Positions 40,731 to 51,111 of a stretch of DNA of 64,000 nt are shown here, piece by piece. A program made the translations under genes and the position numbers. The notes below the pieces were generated by a model, which was not told the origin of the DNA, ran no database searches, and saw only the letters and a program-made list of their open reading frames with translations. Position 1 is the stretch's first letter, and each line of letters opens with the position of its first letter. This DNA comes from Propionibacteriales bacterium (GTDB taxonomy: Bacteria; Actinomycetota; Actinomycetes; Propionibacteriales; Propionibacteriaceae): contig JBBSQJ010000002.1 of the NCBI GenBank assembly GCA_038257965.1, positions 1,188 to 65,187 of the forward strand, written 5' to 3'.

Positions 40731-40969
40731 TCCGAGGCGGCGGCGAGCCGACGCTCGGCCAACAACTCTTCGACCAACGATCGCGATCTCGGCAAGTCAT
40801 CGGCCAGCGCACGCAGGTCGACGACCGCGTCTTGACGACGCTCCAGCACGAGCCGCGACCCGGCCACGTGGAGGTGCAGGCGATCACCGGGCAACAACGC
40901 CAGCGCCGCCCGCACCTCGGCCGGAATCACGACGCGGCCTTGCTGCCCGAGCACGAGTGTGGCATCCAC
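40727..40969 (-). CDS. AbrB/MazE/SpoVT antitoxin
   Basis: QGRVVIPAEVR..L.L.PGD; ATGA overlap with vapC. Confidence 0.88.
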   Translation of the reverse strand: MDATLVLGQQGRVVIPAEVRAALALLPGDRLHLHVAGSRLVLERRQDAVVDLRALADDLPRSRSLVEELLAERRLAAASE

Positions 40970-41017
40970 GCTGTCAGTGTGCCACGTCCACGTCAGTCGT
41001 GGCAGATGGCTGAGGAT

Positions 41018-41065
41018 CAACCTGATCCTGCCGCTGTTCGTGCTGTCAAACCCGGATCTGATGAC
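41018..41065 (+). repeat. 48-bp inverted copy of ABC-permease coding sequence 42118-42165
   Basis: caacctgatcctgccgctgttcgtgctgtc(a/c)aacccggatctgatgac, one mismatch. Confidence 0.92.
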
Positions 41066-41239
41066 CCCGGACGCCCGGTTCGGGTTCGGGTTGTTCAGCA
41101 GTGAGTTCGCAGAATGGCCCGACGAATCACCCCAGCAGGGTGAGATCACTGGCCCGATCTACTGCTGTCCTGGGATCTGTCAACACGATCGAACGGGCGG
41201 GTCCTCCGCCGTCGCGGATGACACGAAGGAGACGATCCG

Positions 41240-41947
41240 GTGACCGATCCCGACCAGCATCCTCCAACGACGGCAGCGGAGACACCGGAGCGGGAGTCGG
41301 CCCACGCTTCGAGGGCGCACCGCGAAGACGACGGCAACCAGAAGTCGAGGTCGGAGCGAGTGCGGGACCTGATCGCGCTGGTGCTGCTCTCGATGACCGC
41401 GGTGCTGACGGCGTGGTGTGGCTTCGAGTCGTCGAAGTGGGGTGGCGACATGTCGATCTCCTTCAGCCGAGCCTCGACCGCACGGATCGAGGCAGCCCGC
41501 GAGCAAGGCGTCGCGAACAACGCCCGGCAGGAGGATCTCACGATCTGGTCGGTGTACGTCCAGGCCGTCGCCGAGGACAAGCCGAAACTCAGTGGTTACG
41601 TCGAGAGCCGGTTCACCGACCACTTCAAAGTCGCGTTCGATGCCTGGAACGCGGCCGACCGTCCGACTCGGGCGCCGTTCTCCATGCCCGAGTACGTACC
41701 GCCCGGCACCAAGGAAGCCGAGGCTGCCGATCGGCGGGCCGACGGACTCTTCGCCGCCGCTCTCGTCTCCAACCAGCGTGGCGACAACTACACGATCCTG
41801 ACGGTCCTCGCTGCCCTGGTGTTGTTCTTCGCCGCGCTGTCCGGGCGGCTGTCAGGGGATCGGCGACAGTGGGTGATCTTGGGCCTCGCCCTCGTCTTGT
41901 TCGTGACGGGTGCCGTGATCGCGGCGACCTTCCCGGTGATGATCTGA
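41240..41947 (+). CDS. Hypothetical membrane protein (three TMs)
   Basis: AAGGAG RBS; LTAW.GF.S.KW.G and GDNY motifs. Confidence 0.8.
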   Translation: MTDPDQHPPTTAAETPERESAHASRAHREDDGNQKSRSERVRDLIALVLLSMTAVLTAWCGFESSKWGGDMSISFSRASTARIEAAREQGVANNARQEDLTIWSVYVQAVAEDKPKLSGYVESRFTDHFKVAFDAWNAADRPTRAPFSMPEYVPPGTKEAEAADRRADGLFAAALVSNQRGDNYTILTVLAALVLFFAALSGRLSGDRRQWVILGLALVLFVTGAVIAATFPVMI

Positions 41948-41957
41948 GGGCAGGCGG

Positions 41958-42890
41958 TCAGCCCTTCAGCCCGCTGCCGGCGAAGCCCTCGACGATCTGG
42001 CGCTGGAAGAGCACGAACAAGATCACCAGCCGGAGGGCACCGAGGATCGACGACGCCTGGATGTCGGACAGTCGCTGACCGAAGGAGCCCTGGACCGTGG
42101 CCAGTCCGACCGGGATCGTCATCAGATCCGGGTTGGACAGCACGAACAGCGGCAGGATCAGGTTGTTCCACACCCCGACGAACGTGACGATCGCCATCGC
42201 CGCCACCACCGGGCGGGACAGCGGCAGCACGATCGTTCGATAGGTGGTCCAGAAGCTCGCTCCGTCGATCCGGGCCGCCTCCTCGAAGTCGCGAGGCAGG
42301 CCGTCGAAGAACTGTTTGAACACGAACAGCGCGATCACCGCAGGCACCTGAGGCAGGATGACGGCCCAGTACGTGTTCAGCAGGTTGACCGCGTCGAGTT
42401 CTTGGAACACGGGAACGATCAGCACCTGCGGCGGGATCATGATCCCGCCCACGATCAACGCGAAGACCAGTCCTCGCCCGCGGAACCGCAAGCGGGAAAG
42501 GGCGTAGGCGGCCATCGAGGCGAAGATCACGGTCAGCACCACGGTGACGACGGAGGTGATGGCGCTGGCCAAGTACCAGTTCCAGATGTCACCGCCGGCC
42601 AAGATCGTGGCGTAGGAGGCGAAGGTCAGCTGCCAGTCGGTCAGGATCGGTCCGGCGCCGAGCGCGGAGACCTCGTTGGGGGTGAACGACGTCTTGACCG
42701 CCCACAGGCTCGGGATGAGCCAGAGCGCGGCGAAGATGATCAAGATCGCCCACGAGACGATGGTGAAGGCGCGACCCGACGACCGGCCCTCCGCGTTGAG
42801 GTCGACCGCGGCCGGCGCGGCCGCCGACACCCCGTTGGAGCCGCGGCGGGCACGGTCGGAAGTACGGGTGTTCTCGGCCTGGCTGGTCAT
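41958..42890 (-). CDS. Carbohydrate ABC transporter permease
   Basis: EEAARIDGA EAA loop, WN, TM helices. Confidence 0.93.
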   Translation of the reverse strand: MTSQAENTRTSDRARRGSNGVSAAAPAAVDLNAEGRSSGRAFTIVSWAILIIFAALWLIPSLWAVKTSFTPNEVSALGAGPILTDWQLTFASYATILAGGDIWNWYLASAITSVVTVVLTVIFASMAAYALSRLRFRGRGLVFALIVGGIMIPPQVLIVPVFQELDAVNLLNTYWAVILPQVPAVIALFVFKQFFDGLPRDFEEAARIDGASFWTTYRTIVLPLSRPVVAAMAIVTFVGVWNNLILPLFVLSNPDLMTIPVGLATVQGSFGQRLSDIQASSILGALRLVILFVLFQRQIVEGFAGSGLKG

Positions 42891-42891
42891 C

Positions 42892-43834
42892 TCAGGCGGC
42901 CCTCCGTTCCTGGGCTCGTTCGACGAGTTGGCGGATCAGGGTGACGATCAAGATCACGACGAACAGCAGGACCGATGCCGCCGAGGCGGCACCCCACCCG
43001 GTAGTCGGTGAAGGCGGTGTTGGTCACCAGTTCCAGCAGCACCTGGGTCGACGTGCCGGGACCACCGCCGGTCATCAGGTAAACTTGGTCGAAGATCTTG
43101 AGGCTGGCGATGATCTGCAGCAGCACGACCAGTGTCGTGGTCCGACTCAGCATCGGGATCGTGATCCAGCGGATCTGCTGCCACTGGCTGGCACCGTCGA
43201 CTGCGGCCGCTTCGTACAACTCGCGGGGAATGTCTTGCAGACCGGCAAGGTAGAGCACGAAGTTGAAGCCGATCGTCCACCAGATCGTGGTGACCGCGAT
43301 CCCGATCATGGCCAGGCTCGGCGTGCCCAGCACGGGGCTGGGAGCCTCGACGCCCAGCAGGGTCTGGAACGAGTTCCACAGTCCCGTGGCGGGGGTGTAG
43401 ATGAAGTTCCAGATCAAGGCAATGGCGGCCGACGGCAGGATGAACGGGACGAAGAAGGCAAGCCGGAAGAACCACTGCCCGTGCATCACCCGGTTGGCCA
43501 GCACGGCGAAGACGAAGGCCAAGATCACCAGTGGCGGCACGGTGTACAGGGTGAACTGGATCGTGTGCCACAACGATGACCAGAAATCCTCCCGGCTCAG
43601 CATCTCGGCGTAGTTGGCCAAACCGACGAAATCACCGAAACCGGCTCGGACCAAGGTGGTGTCGAACAGGCTCGTGATGAGCATGTAGATGACCGGCCAG
43701 ATCAAGAACAAGACGAAGAAGATGCCGAAGGGTGCGATGAACAGCCAGGCCGTGCGGGACTCCTTGTGGGGGCCGGGCGAGTGCGGCGAAGTGGTGGACG
43801 AGGTGGCACGCGGGGCCAGCGTCTGCGCGGACAT
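42892..43834 (-). CDS. Sugar ABC transporter permease; +1 frameshift in a G-run near 42995 disrupts the last TM
   Basis: LYEAAAVDGA, KIFDQV; expected tail AASAASVLLFVVILIVTL...TGA (42892) is in another frame. Confidence 0.85.
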
Positions 43835-43852
43835 CAGCGCTGCTCCTTTCGG

Positions 43853-43924
43853 CGGGCGGACAAGGGTCGACGGGCGGACAAGGGTCGACGGGCGGACAAG
43901 GGTCGACGGGCGGACGAGGGTCGA
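43853..43924. repeat. Four 18-bp tandem repeats CGGGCGGACAAGGGTCGA
   Basis: Three perfect and one single-mismatch copy between SBP and permease genes. Confidence 0.95.
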
Positions 43925-43955
43925 CAGCCGGATAGGCCGGACGTCGTCGCGCGGG

Positions 43956-45323
43956 TCATGTCAGCGGGCTCGGCGTATCGGCGTAGGTCGTCAACTGGTC
44001 CCTCACGGTTGCCAGCGCGTCCTCCGGAGAGGCCAGACCCTGTTGGACCAGGCCGATCTGGGCGCCGACGACGACCTCGAACGTCGAACCGGAGCCGGAG
44101 TACCAGGCTTCGGCGTCGTAGACCGCGGTGTCGGCGGCCGCCGCGTAGTTGGACTGCGGTTTGAGCGCCTTGTACTCCGGGCTGTTGAACGTCGGCAGGT
44201 AGGCGGGAATATGGCCGCCCTTGGCCCAGGTCAGGCTCTGGTCCAGCATGGACTTGACGAAGGTCATAGCCCGCTTGGTCTGCTCCTCGCTGCGATCCAT
44301 GACCGGTAGCACGAACGTGTGGGAGTCCGCCTGCTCGGCCTGCTTGTCGTAGATGGTGGGGATCGGGACCATGCCGAACTTCAGTCCCTCGATGCTCTCG
44401 GCGGTGGTGATCTCCCACTCGCCCTGCAGGTAGAACCCGGACTGGCCGGTGAACATCAGCGTCTGCGAGCCGGCGTAGTCGGTGGTTTTCGGCATCAGTC
44501 CGGTGGCCGTGAGCTTCTGGATCCAGTGCAGGGTGTCGAGGGTCAGTTCCTTGTTGTAGGTCAGCTTCTCACCGCCGCCAGCCAGCCATGGTGTGTTCCC
44601 GTCACGTTGTGAGTACAGGGTCTGGAGCCAGCGCCAGCTGGTGGACGTATCCCCCACGGTGGCCACCGAGGCGCCGCATGCCCCGGTCACCTCCTTGGCC
44701 GCCTTCAGAGCATCTTCCCAGCCCTGCGTGCCCTTGATCTCGGTGAGGCTCCCGTCGGAATTCAACAACCCGGCCCTTTCGCAGACGTCGGTGTTGTAGT
44801 AGAGGACGAACGGGTGCGTATCCAGCGGGACGGCGAAGGATTTGCCGTCGATCTTCTGGTTCTTCCAAGCGGTGGCGTTGAAGTCGTCCGCCGACAATCC
44901 CACCAGGCCCAGCGTGTCGTCGGTGATCTCGGTGATCAGTCCGGCGCGAGCGAGATTCGTCGCCCGCGTCAGGTGGGAGACGGCGACGTCGGGTGGAGCA
45001 CCGCCGATGGTGGCCAGCGTGACCTTGGTGTAGTACGGGTTGCCCCAGGTGAACGTCGCCGCCTGGAGCGAGCTCGGACCGCCGTGGGCGTCGGCGTAGC
45101 CGGCCTCCATGGTCTGCATCCGAGCGCCATCACCCCCGCCGAACAGGTTCCAGTAGGTCAGCGTGCCCGGCGCGAGCTCGGAGCCGAACAAGCCTGCGGA
45201 GATCGCGCTGCCGCAGCCGGAGAGTCCGCCGGCCAGGGACAGCCCAGCGGCCGTGCCGAGGGCCCCTCGCAGCAGCGAGCGTCGCGATATCTACCGCGGA
45301 CCGGAATGGGAATCGACCGTCAT
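43956..45323 (-). pseudogene. Sugar ABC solute-binding lipoprotein (Tat signal) with in-frame TAG at codon 11
   Basis: GGAGG-ATG 45323, TAG at 45291-45293, then SRRSLL twin-Arg and LSGC lipobox in frame with the SBP ORF. Confidence 0.85.
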
Positions 45324-45445
45324 GTGCAACCTCCAGGGACGACGCAGCTGTGCGTCTTCGGCCGCTGTTCGAAGCTATGTGAACGTTCTACCCCGAAACA
45401 CTAAGCCCAATCACGAATCGATTGCAACGTTGTAGAGGCGCCGGT

Positions 45446-46357
45446 TCAGGTGCCTGCGGCGGCGTTGGAGTCGATCTCGGCGGCCAGGCCGTCCAGCAGG
45501 TAGCGAAGCCCCGTGTCGAAGAGGCGGTCGAGGCTGAAGTCGTATGGATTGCCCACCAGCTCGGTGAGCCGTGGATGAGCGCTTTCGTCGGCCAACGCAC
45601 GCAGGGCGGGCAATTGTGTGTCCATCCACTTGTCGGTATCCATTCCGGTGAGGGCAATGGCCGCCGCCTCGGCCTCGAGGCTGATCGCCGTGCCACGGAC
45701 GAAATTGAACAACGTCAGGTAGATGCCGAACCGCGTGGTGAGATCGACACCTCGGTCGGCCAGCGCGTCGAGCACCCACTCCGTCCAGGCGAATCCGTTC
45801 GGGATGAGAGCTGGTCGGACCAGCGACAGGTTCGACGCGAGCCAGGGGTGGCGCCGACACAGCTGCCACATGCCACGGGCAGCCGCCTCGAGGCACTCGC
45901 GCCAGTCCGCGTCGTCGGGCTTGGGCGGCTGCCACTCGCCGAGGGCGGCGTCGAGCATCTTCACCAGCAGGTCCTCCTTGTCCGCCACGTGGCTGTAGAG
46001 CGACATCGGCGCGGTGTCGAGTTCGACCGCGAGTCGGCGCATCGACAGCCCGTCCACGCCCTCGGTGTCGGTGATGATGATGGCGGTCGCCACGATCAGG
46101 TCCGCGCGCAGTGACGTGTGTCCTCCGGGCCGCACGATCGGTCTCGGGCGGCGGACGACCACCCCGATGCCGGGCATGGTCTCGGCGAGACCGGCATCGC
46201 GCAGCGCAGCATGCACCCGCGTCGCGGTGGCGATCGCGACATGCCACTCACGGGTGATCTGGCGTGCGCTCGGCAGCAGATCCCCGGGAGCAAGTGCGCC
46301 GGACTCGATCCGCCCGCGCAACTCGGCAACGATCTGTTCCGATGCTGATCCGGCCAT
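45446..46357 (-). CDS. GntR wHTH + TetR/TetR_C fusion regulator
   Basis: I.SG.L.PGD.LPS.R (GntR), then EGVDGLSMRRLA.EL...MSLYSHV..K (TetR HTH), FDTGL.YLLDG. Confidence 0.9.
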   Translation of the reverse strand: MAGSASEQIVAELRGRIESGALAPGDLLPSARQITREWHVAIATATRVHAALRDAGLAETMPGIGVVVRRPRPIVRPGGHTSLRADLIVATAIIITDTEGVDGLSMRRLAVELDTAPMSLYSHVADKEDLLVKMLDAALGEWQPPKPDDADWRECLEAAARGMWQLCRRHPWLASNLSLVRPALIPNGFAWTEWVLDALADRGVDLTTRFGIYLTLFNFVRGTAISLEAEAAAIALTGMDTDKWMDTQLPALRALADESAHPRLTELVGNPYDFSLDRLFDTGLRYLLDGLAAEIDSNAAAGT

Positions 46358-46374
46358 CATCACTAACCCCTACC

Positions 46375-46395
46375 GTACTAGTACTCGACTAGTAC
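46375..46395. promoter_or_regulatory. Operator palindrome GTACTAGT-N5-ACTAGTAC
   Basis: Perfect 8-bp inverted repeat in the short divergent intergenic region. Confidence 0.75.
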
Positions 46396-46436
46396 ACCAC
46401 ACCACAATCGGTGGCGTACGTCGTACCGTCTCTTGC

Positions 46437-47636
46437 ATGTCTTCTATTCTCATCAGCGGCGCCGGCATCGCCGGTCCCGCACTCGCATCCTTCCTCGCCG
46501 GCTCAGGCCATGACGTCACCGTCGTCGAACGCGCACCGGATCTTCGCCTCGGCGGGCAGGCCGTCGATCTGCGAGGCGCCGGCCGAAGGGTGATCGAACG
46601 GATGGGGCTGATGCCCGAAGCGAAAGCGGTGATGCTGCACCAGCAAGGAATGTCCTGGGTCGACGCTCGGGGTCGAGCCCGTGCCCGGATGGGCGTGGAT
46701 GCGTTCGCCGGCGAGGGCTTCATCTCCGAGATCGAGATCCTCCGCGGGGACCTGGCACACCTGCTCTTCGAAGCGACCCACGGCATCGTCTCCTACATCT
46801 TCGACGATACGATCACCAGTCTCGCGCAGGACGAGCGCGGGGTCGACGTCACGTTCGGCCACGCCTCCCCGGCGCGCTTCGACCTCGTGGTGGGCGCCGA
46901 CGGGCTGAGTTCGATCGTGCGGCGGCTGGCCTTCGGTGAGGGCGGGAAGCGGTCCCTCGGTTGCCTGATCTCCTGGTTCACCGCACCCGACCCCGGCGAC
47001 CTCGACGGGTGGTACGAGATGTATGCGGCCGGGAAGGGACGAGTGGCGTCGATCCGGCCGGGCCGGCTGCCGGGGGAGGCCAAGGCGTCCCTCGGGCTGC
47101 GGGTGGATCCGGGCGCGCCACTGCCGAATCGCCGAGACGATCAGCAGGCGCTGCTGGCCGACCACTTCCACGGGCTGCGCTGGCGGGTGCCGGAGTTGTT
47201 GTCGGCGATGGCCACGTCGACGGACTTCGCGTTCGCCGAGATCGGGCAGATGCACCTGCCGTCCTGGTCGACGGGTCGGGTGGTGTTGATCGGTGACGCC
47301 GCGGCGAGCCCGAGCCCGCTGACCGGGCTCGGCACGAGCGTGGCGCTGGTCCAGGCGTACGTCCTCGCCGGCGAACTGGCCGCCGCGGACGGTGACCATC
47401 GAACAGCGTTCACCCGCTACGAAGAGGTGTGCCGTCCCTACGTGACGAACGCACAGCAGCTGCCGCCCGGCGGGGCCGCCGGCTTCGCTCCGATGAGCCG
47501 GTTCATGATCAGACTGCAGGAACTGTCCATGCGGATGGCGACCCACTGGCCGGTTCGGCCGCTGCTGGCGAAGCAGTTCTCCAAGGCAGGCGACCTGCAG
47601 CTACCGGACTACGCGATGGAGCCGTCGAGGGGGTAG
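46437..47636 (+). CDS. FAD-dependent monooxygenase
   Basis: GAGIAG, GGQAVD.RG, VGADG..S.VR, LIGDAA. Confidence 0.92.
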   Translation: MSSILISGAGIAGPALASFLAGSGHDVTVVERAPDLRLGGQAVDLRGAGRRVIERMGLMPEAKAVMLHQQGMSWVDARGRARARMGVDAFAGEGFISEIEILRGDLAHLLFEATHGIVSYIFDDTITSLAQDERGVDVTFGHASPARFDLVVGADGLSSIVRRLAFGEGGKRSLGCLISWFTAPDPGDLDGWYEMYAAGKGRVASIRPGRLPGEAKASLGLRVDPGAPLPNRRDDQQALLADHFHGLRWRVPELLSAMATSTDFAFAEIGQMHLPSWSTGRVVLIGDAAASPSPLTGLGTSVALVQAYVLAGELAAADGDHRTAFTRYEEVCRPYVTNAQQLPPGGAAGFAPMSRFMIRLQELSMRMATHWPVRPLLAKQFSKAGDLQLPDYAMEPSRG

Positions 47637-47763
47637 CGCTCCTGGGTTGGTTCGGCAAGCGGGGATGGTCGGCGTCCGCACAGCGGTTAGCCTGGCAGCG
47701 AAGCGTGGCTGGACCCGGGCGGCATGGTCGGTGACGCCAGGATCGCGCAAGGAGGTGACGCCA

Positions 47764-47970
47764 ATGAACTCTCGTTCCGCTCGGGTCACGATGGTTGTCA
47801 TCGGCGTGCTGGCGCTGCTCATCGGCGCCGTGTGGATCGGCCAGGGGCTGAGCATCATCCCGGGCAGTTTCATGAGCGGCGACAACACCTGGTTCTACAT
47901 CGGCACCGTCGTGGCGGTGGTCGGAGTGATCCTGCTGGTCGTGGGTCTTCGCCGCCGACCCCGGTCCTGA
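47764..47970 (+). CDS. Small integral membrane protein
   Basis: AAGGAGGT RBS; W..QG....GSFMSG...W; two TMs. Confidence 0.85.
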   Translation: MNSRSARVTMVVIGVLALLIGAVWIGQGLSIIPGSFMSGDNTWFYIGTVVAVVGVILLVVGLRRRPRS

Positions 47971-48071
47971 CGCGCGGTCGTCGGCGACCCCGAGTTGACG
48001 GTGGGGGCGGATAGATTGACAGACTCTCTGCTCCCGGTTGGCCGACGACTCGAGAACGTGGTGCTTCCTTG

Positions 48072-49757
48072 ATGACGAATGCGGTGCCGCTCCGCGCCTG
48101 GCAGGCCGAAGCCATCGAGAAGTACGAGTCCGGAAGCCCTGCGGATTTCCTTGTCACCGCGACGCCGGGCGCCGGCAAGACAACGTTCGGGCTCACCTTG
48201 GCGTCTCGTCTGAGGGCCGCCCGGGTGGTGGATCGGGTGATCGTGGTCGCGCCGACCGACCACCTGCGCACGCAGTGGGCAGATGCGGCGGTTCGGCTTG
48301 GACTGATGCTCGATCCCAACCTGAGCAACGGTGTCGGTCCGGTCCGCGACGGTGCGCACGGCTACATCACCACGTACGCGCAGGTGGCGGCGAAACCGCT
48401 GTTGCACCGTCGACGGACCGAGCTGAAGAAGACGCTGGTCATCCTCGACGAGATCCACCATGCCGGCGACTCGCTGTCGTGGGGGGACGCCGTCTACGAA
48501 GCCTTCGAGCCGGCCCGTCGCCGGCTCGGACTCACCGGCACCCCGTTTCGCACCAATCCCCACGAGCGGATCCCGTTCGTGACCTACCGCGACGCCGGAC
48601 CGGGGGAGGCGATCAGCGAGGCCGACTACACCTACGGCTACCGCGAGGCCCTGGCTGACAGGGTCGTACGTCCGGTCGTCTTCGCGGCGTACACCGGGAC
48701 CAGCCGCTGGATGAACTCGGCCGGTGAGGTGCTGGCCGCCGATCTCGGCGAGGACTCGACCCGGGCGATCGAGGACGCAGCGTGGTGAACCGCTCTCAAC
48801 CCTGCGGGCGCCTGGGTGCCGCACGTGATAGCGGCGATCGACGACCGGGTGACTCATCTGCGTGGGACCGGCATGCCGGACGCCGCGGGGCTCATCCTGG
48901 CCTCCGACACCGACACCGCCCGGGCATACGCCGACATCGCGAAGAGGATCACCGGCGAGAAACCCGTCGTCATCTTGAGCGACGACCCACGGGCGAGCAA
49001 GAAGATCCACGAGTTCGAGCACGGCCGGCACCGGATGGCCGTCTGCGTCCGGATGGTATCGGAGGGTGTCGACATCCCGCGAGCCGCGGTGCTGGGGTTC
49101 CTGACGTCGTACCGGACGCCACTGTTCTTCGCGCAGGCCGTGGGTCGGGTCGTGCGGGCCCGCAACTCCCGGGAAACGGCGACCGTCTTCCTGCCTGCGG
49201 TGCGACCCCTGGTGAGTTTGGCTGTGGACATCGAACAGCAACGTGACCACGTCGTGCGGATCGATGGTTCCGCCGGCGACGACCTCGACGCTCTCGTCGC
49301 GATCGACGAGCGGGGCAACGAGCCCACCGACGGCGAGTTCACCGCTCTGACGGCCGAGGCTGCGTTCGGCCACGTTCTGCACGCCGGTCGGGCGATCACC
49401 GCGCAGGTCGGATCTCCCGACCCCGACGACGACTACCTGGGGCTGCCCGGGCTGCTCACCCCCGAGCAGACCGCAGCCCTGCTCGCCTCCCGCGACGCCG
49501 AACTCCGGCGGCGTACGTCCGGGCTGCTGACCGAGGACACCCTCGAGATCGACCCGCCGTCGTCCTGGCGTGAGGTGGAGGTGCTGCGCAAGGACATCAA
49601 CCGGCTGGTGGCGCAGGTGGCGGCCCGGTCTGGCCGCAAGCACGCGGACGTCCATGTCGAGGTCCGCCAGGCCGTGCCTGGCCCGCGCACCGCCTCCGCG
49701 TCCGTGGACCTGTTGCTGGCTCGTCGCGACTACCTACTGGGCGAGCGGTTGGCCTGA
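48072..49757 (+). pseudogene. SF2 DEAD/DEAH-box helicase interrupted by an in-frame TGA at 48786
   Basis: TPGAGKT, DEIHH, TGTPFR, MVSEGVDIP, QAVGR; both ORFs are in the same frame, AW*TALNP. Confidence 0.88.
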
Positions 49758-49775
49758 TTCGAAGGTCAGCCCGAT

Positions 49776-49861
49776 GTGCCCTGCACTTGTCGAAGGGCAG
49801 CCAGATGCGCCCTGAGCTTGTCGAAGGGCCGCTCGATGTGTGCCTGAACCGTGAGAAGGGG
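49776..49861 (-). repeat. Three REP-like copies (CCCTTCGACAAGCTCAGGG family)
   Basis: gccctgcacttgtcgaaggg, gccctgagcttgtcgaaggg, and a degenerate third copy. Confidence 0.75.
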
Positions 49862-49916
49862 CTCGGCCGAGCTGACGTAGCAGAGGTTGCCGCGTTCCGC
49901 TGATGTCGTGACTGAT

Positions 49917-50052
49917 GGAACCGCGGCCGGTGTTGCCTTCGGGGAAAGGCCCGGCCGCGGCCGGCGCTGCCACCTGGGACCGGAGACCAAAACGGGGGGA
50001 CATCGTGGCCCGGTTCGGGTGCCCCCGGAAGAAAGCAGCTCAGGAACACCCG
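49917..50052 (-). ncRNA. Candidate structured sRNA (6C-like)
   Basis: TAGGCT -10-like hexamer followed by three hairpins, two with C-rich loops (TCCCCCC, TCCCC). Confidence 0.4.
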
Positions 50053-50393
50053 GACTCAGCCTAGATCTGAGACGGGCCTGTGGCCAGGTCTTGGACTCCC
50101 CTGTGCGGTCATGGCGTCCAGGAGGGAGCTACGGTGCCATTCCTGACCGCCGCGGTTGATACGACGTCGCGAAGAGTCAGCCTGCGTTGATGCTAGGGTG
50201 TCGTCGCTGATCAGCAGCCGGCTACGAGCCAGAGTCGCCGCATCAAAGCCGCCGCTCTGTGAAAACGTTCTGTGAAAATTGGTGCCGCGTAGCAACATCT
50301 CGATCGGCTCCCTATAGGTGTAATTCATGGCCAACCAAGACTGTGCGGATCGATCCGCGGTTGGGGTTCTGGCGTCCCCGAGCTGCCACTCAC

Positions 50394-50733
50394 GTGGGCA
50401 ACGAATATACCGGGCTTCTGATGGACGCGTTCATTGCCAGCAGGACAACGCTCGAAGACCTCTCGAAACGGATCGATGCCCTGGGTGCAGAGGTGAGCGG
50501 CGCCATGATCGCGGCACTGCTGACCGGTAAGTGTGAACCCTCTGCAGCAACCTGCAACGTCGTTTGTGTTCGCCATCAACGCGCGTCTCGCCGAGTTGGC
50601 CATGCCGGCCAGCGCCTCCTATCGACCTGAGCTTGCGGACGATCGTCGGTCCGAAGATGCCAGCCTCACCGCCGACACACCCTCCTGGACCGGGCCGGTG
50701 CCGCACACGCTTGGCCCCGTCGAGCTGCTGTAG
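50394..50733 (+). pseudogene. Frameshifted small HTH-like hypothetical protein
   Basis: TTLEDLSKRI...VSGAMIAALLTG...CNVV continues as FAINARLAEL in another frame. Confidence 0.35.
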
Positions 50734-50808
50734 CCCTAGCCGGTGGCGGCGACGGGACAGGACAGCTCCGGGTGCCTCTCCCGATTAGGCCGCGCCGAAT
50801 ATGCGAGC

Positions 50809-51111
50809 TCAGGAAGTCCTGCCTGCCTGCCCGTTCGGGGTGAATGTCATCCGCAGTCGGTGATCGTAGGCGGCTCTGGCCAGCTGATGCATGCTGCTCA
50901 GCTCGTAGTCGGTGGCGCGGCCCGAGCCGTTCTCGCTGCCCTGCAGAAATTCAAGGGTGCTACACATCTCCTGCACCAGGGTGCAGATCACGGCCGAGCG
51001 AGCGTGGGGATCGGGTGGGAGCACGACCGCTTCGATCAGTGCATCAAGCAACTCACCCGAGATGCTGGGGTCGAACTCAGCAAGCGGAGGAACTGTGGTT
51101 TCTGCAGTCAT
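50809..51111 (-). CDS. Hypothetical protein
   Basis: ATG 51111; helical, protein-like 100 aa. Confidence 0.5.
   Translation of the reverse strand: MTAETTVPPLAEFDPSISGELLDALIEAVVLPPDPHARSAVICTLVQEMCSTLEFLQGSENGSGRATDYELSSMHQLARAAYDHRLRMTFTPNGQAGRTS

Noticed and set aside
43853-43924. Possible CRISPR array (also considered 11576-11647 and 18449-18543)
   Set aside because: Head-to-tail repeats with no unique spacers, and no cas genes in the window.
48072-49757. Restriction-modification or defence helicase
   Set aside because: No methyltransferase or nuclease partner; resembles a common actinobacterial chromosomal SF2 helicase.
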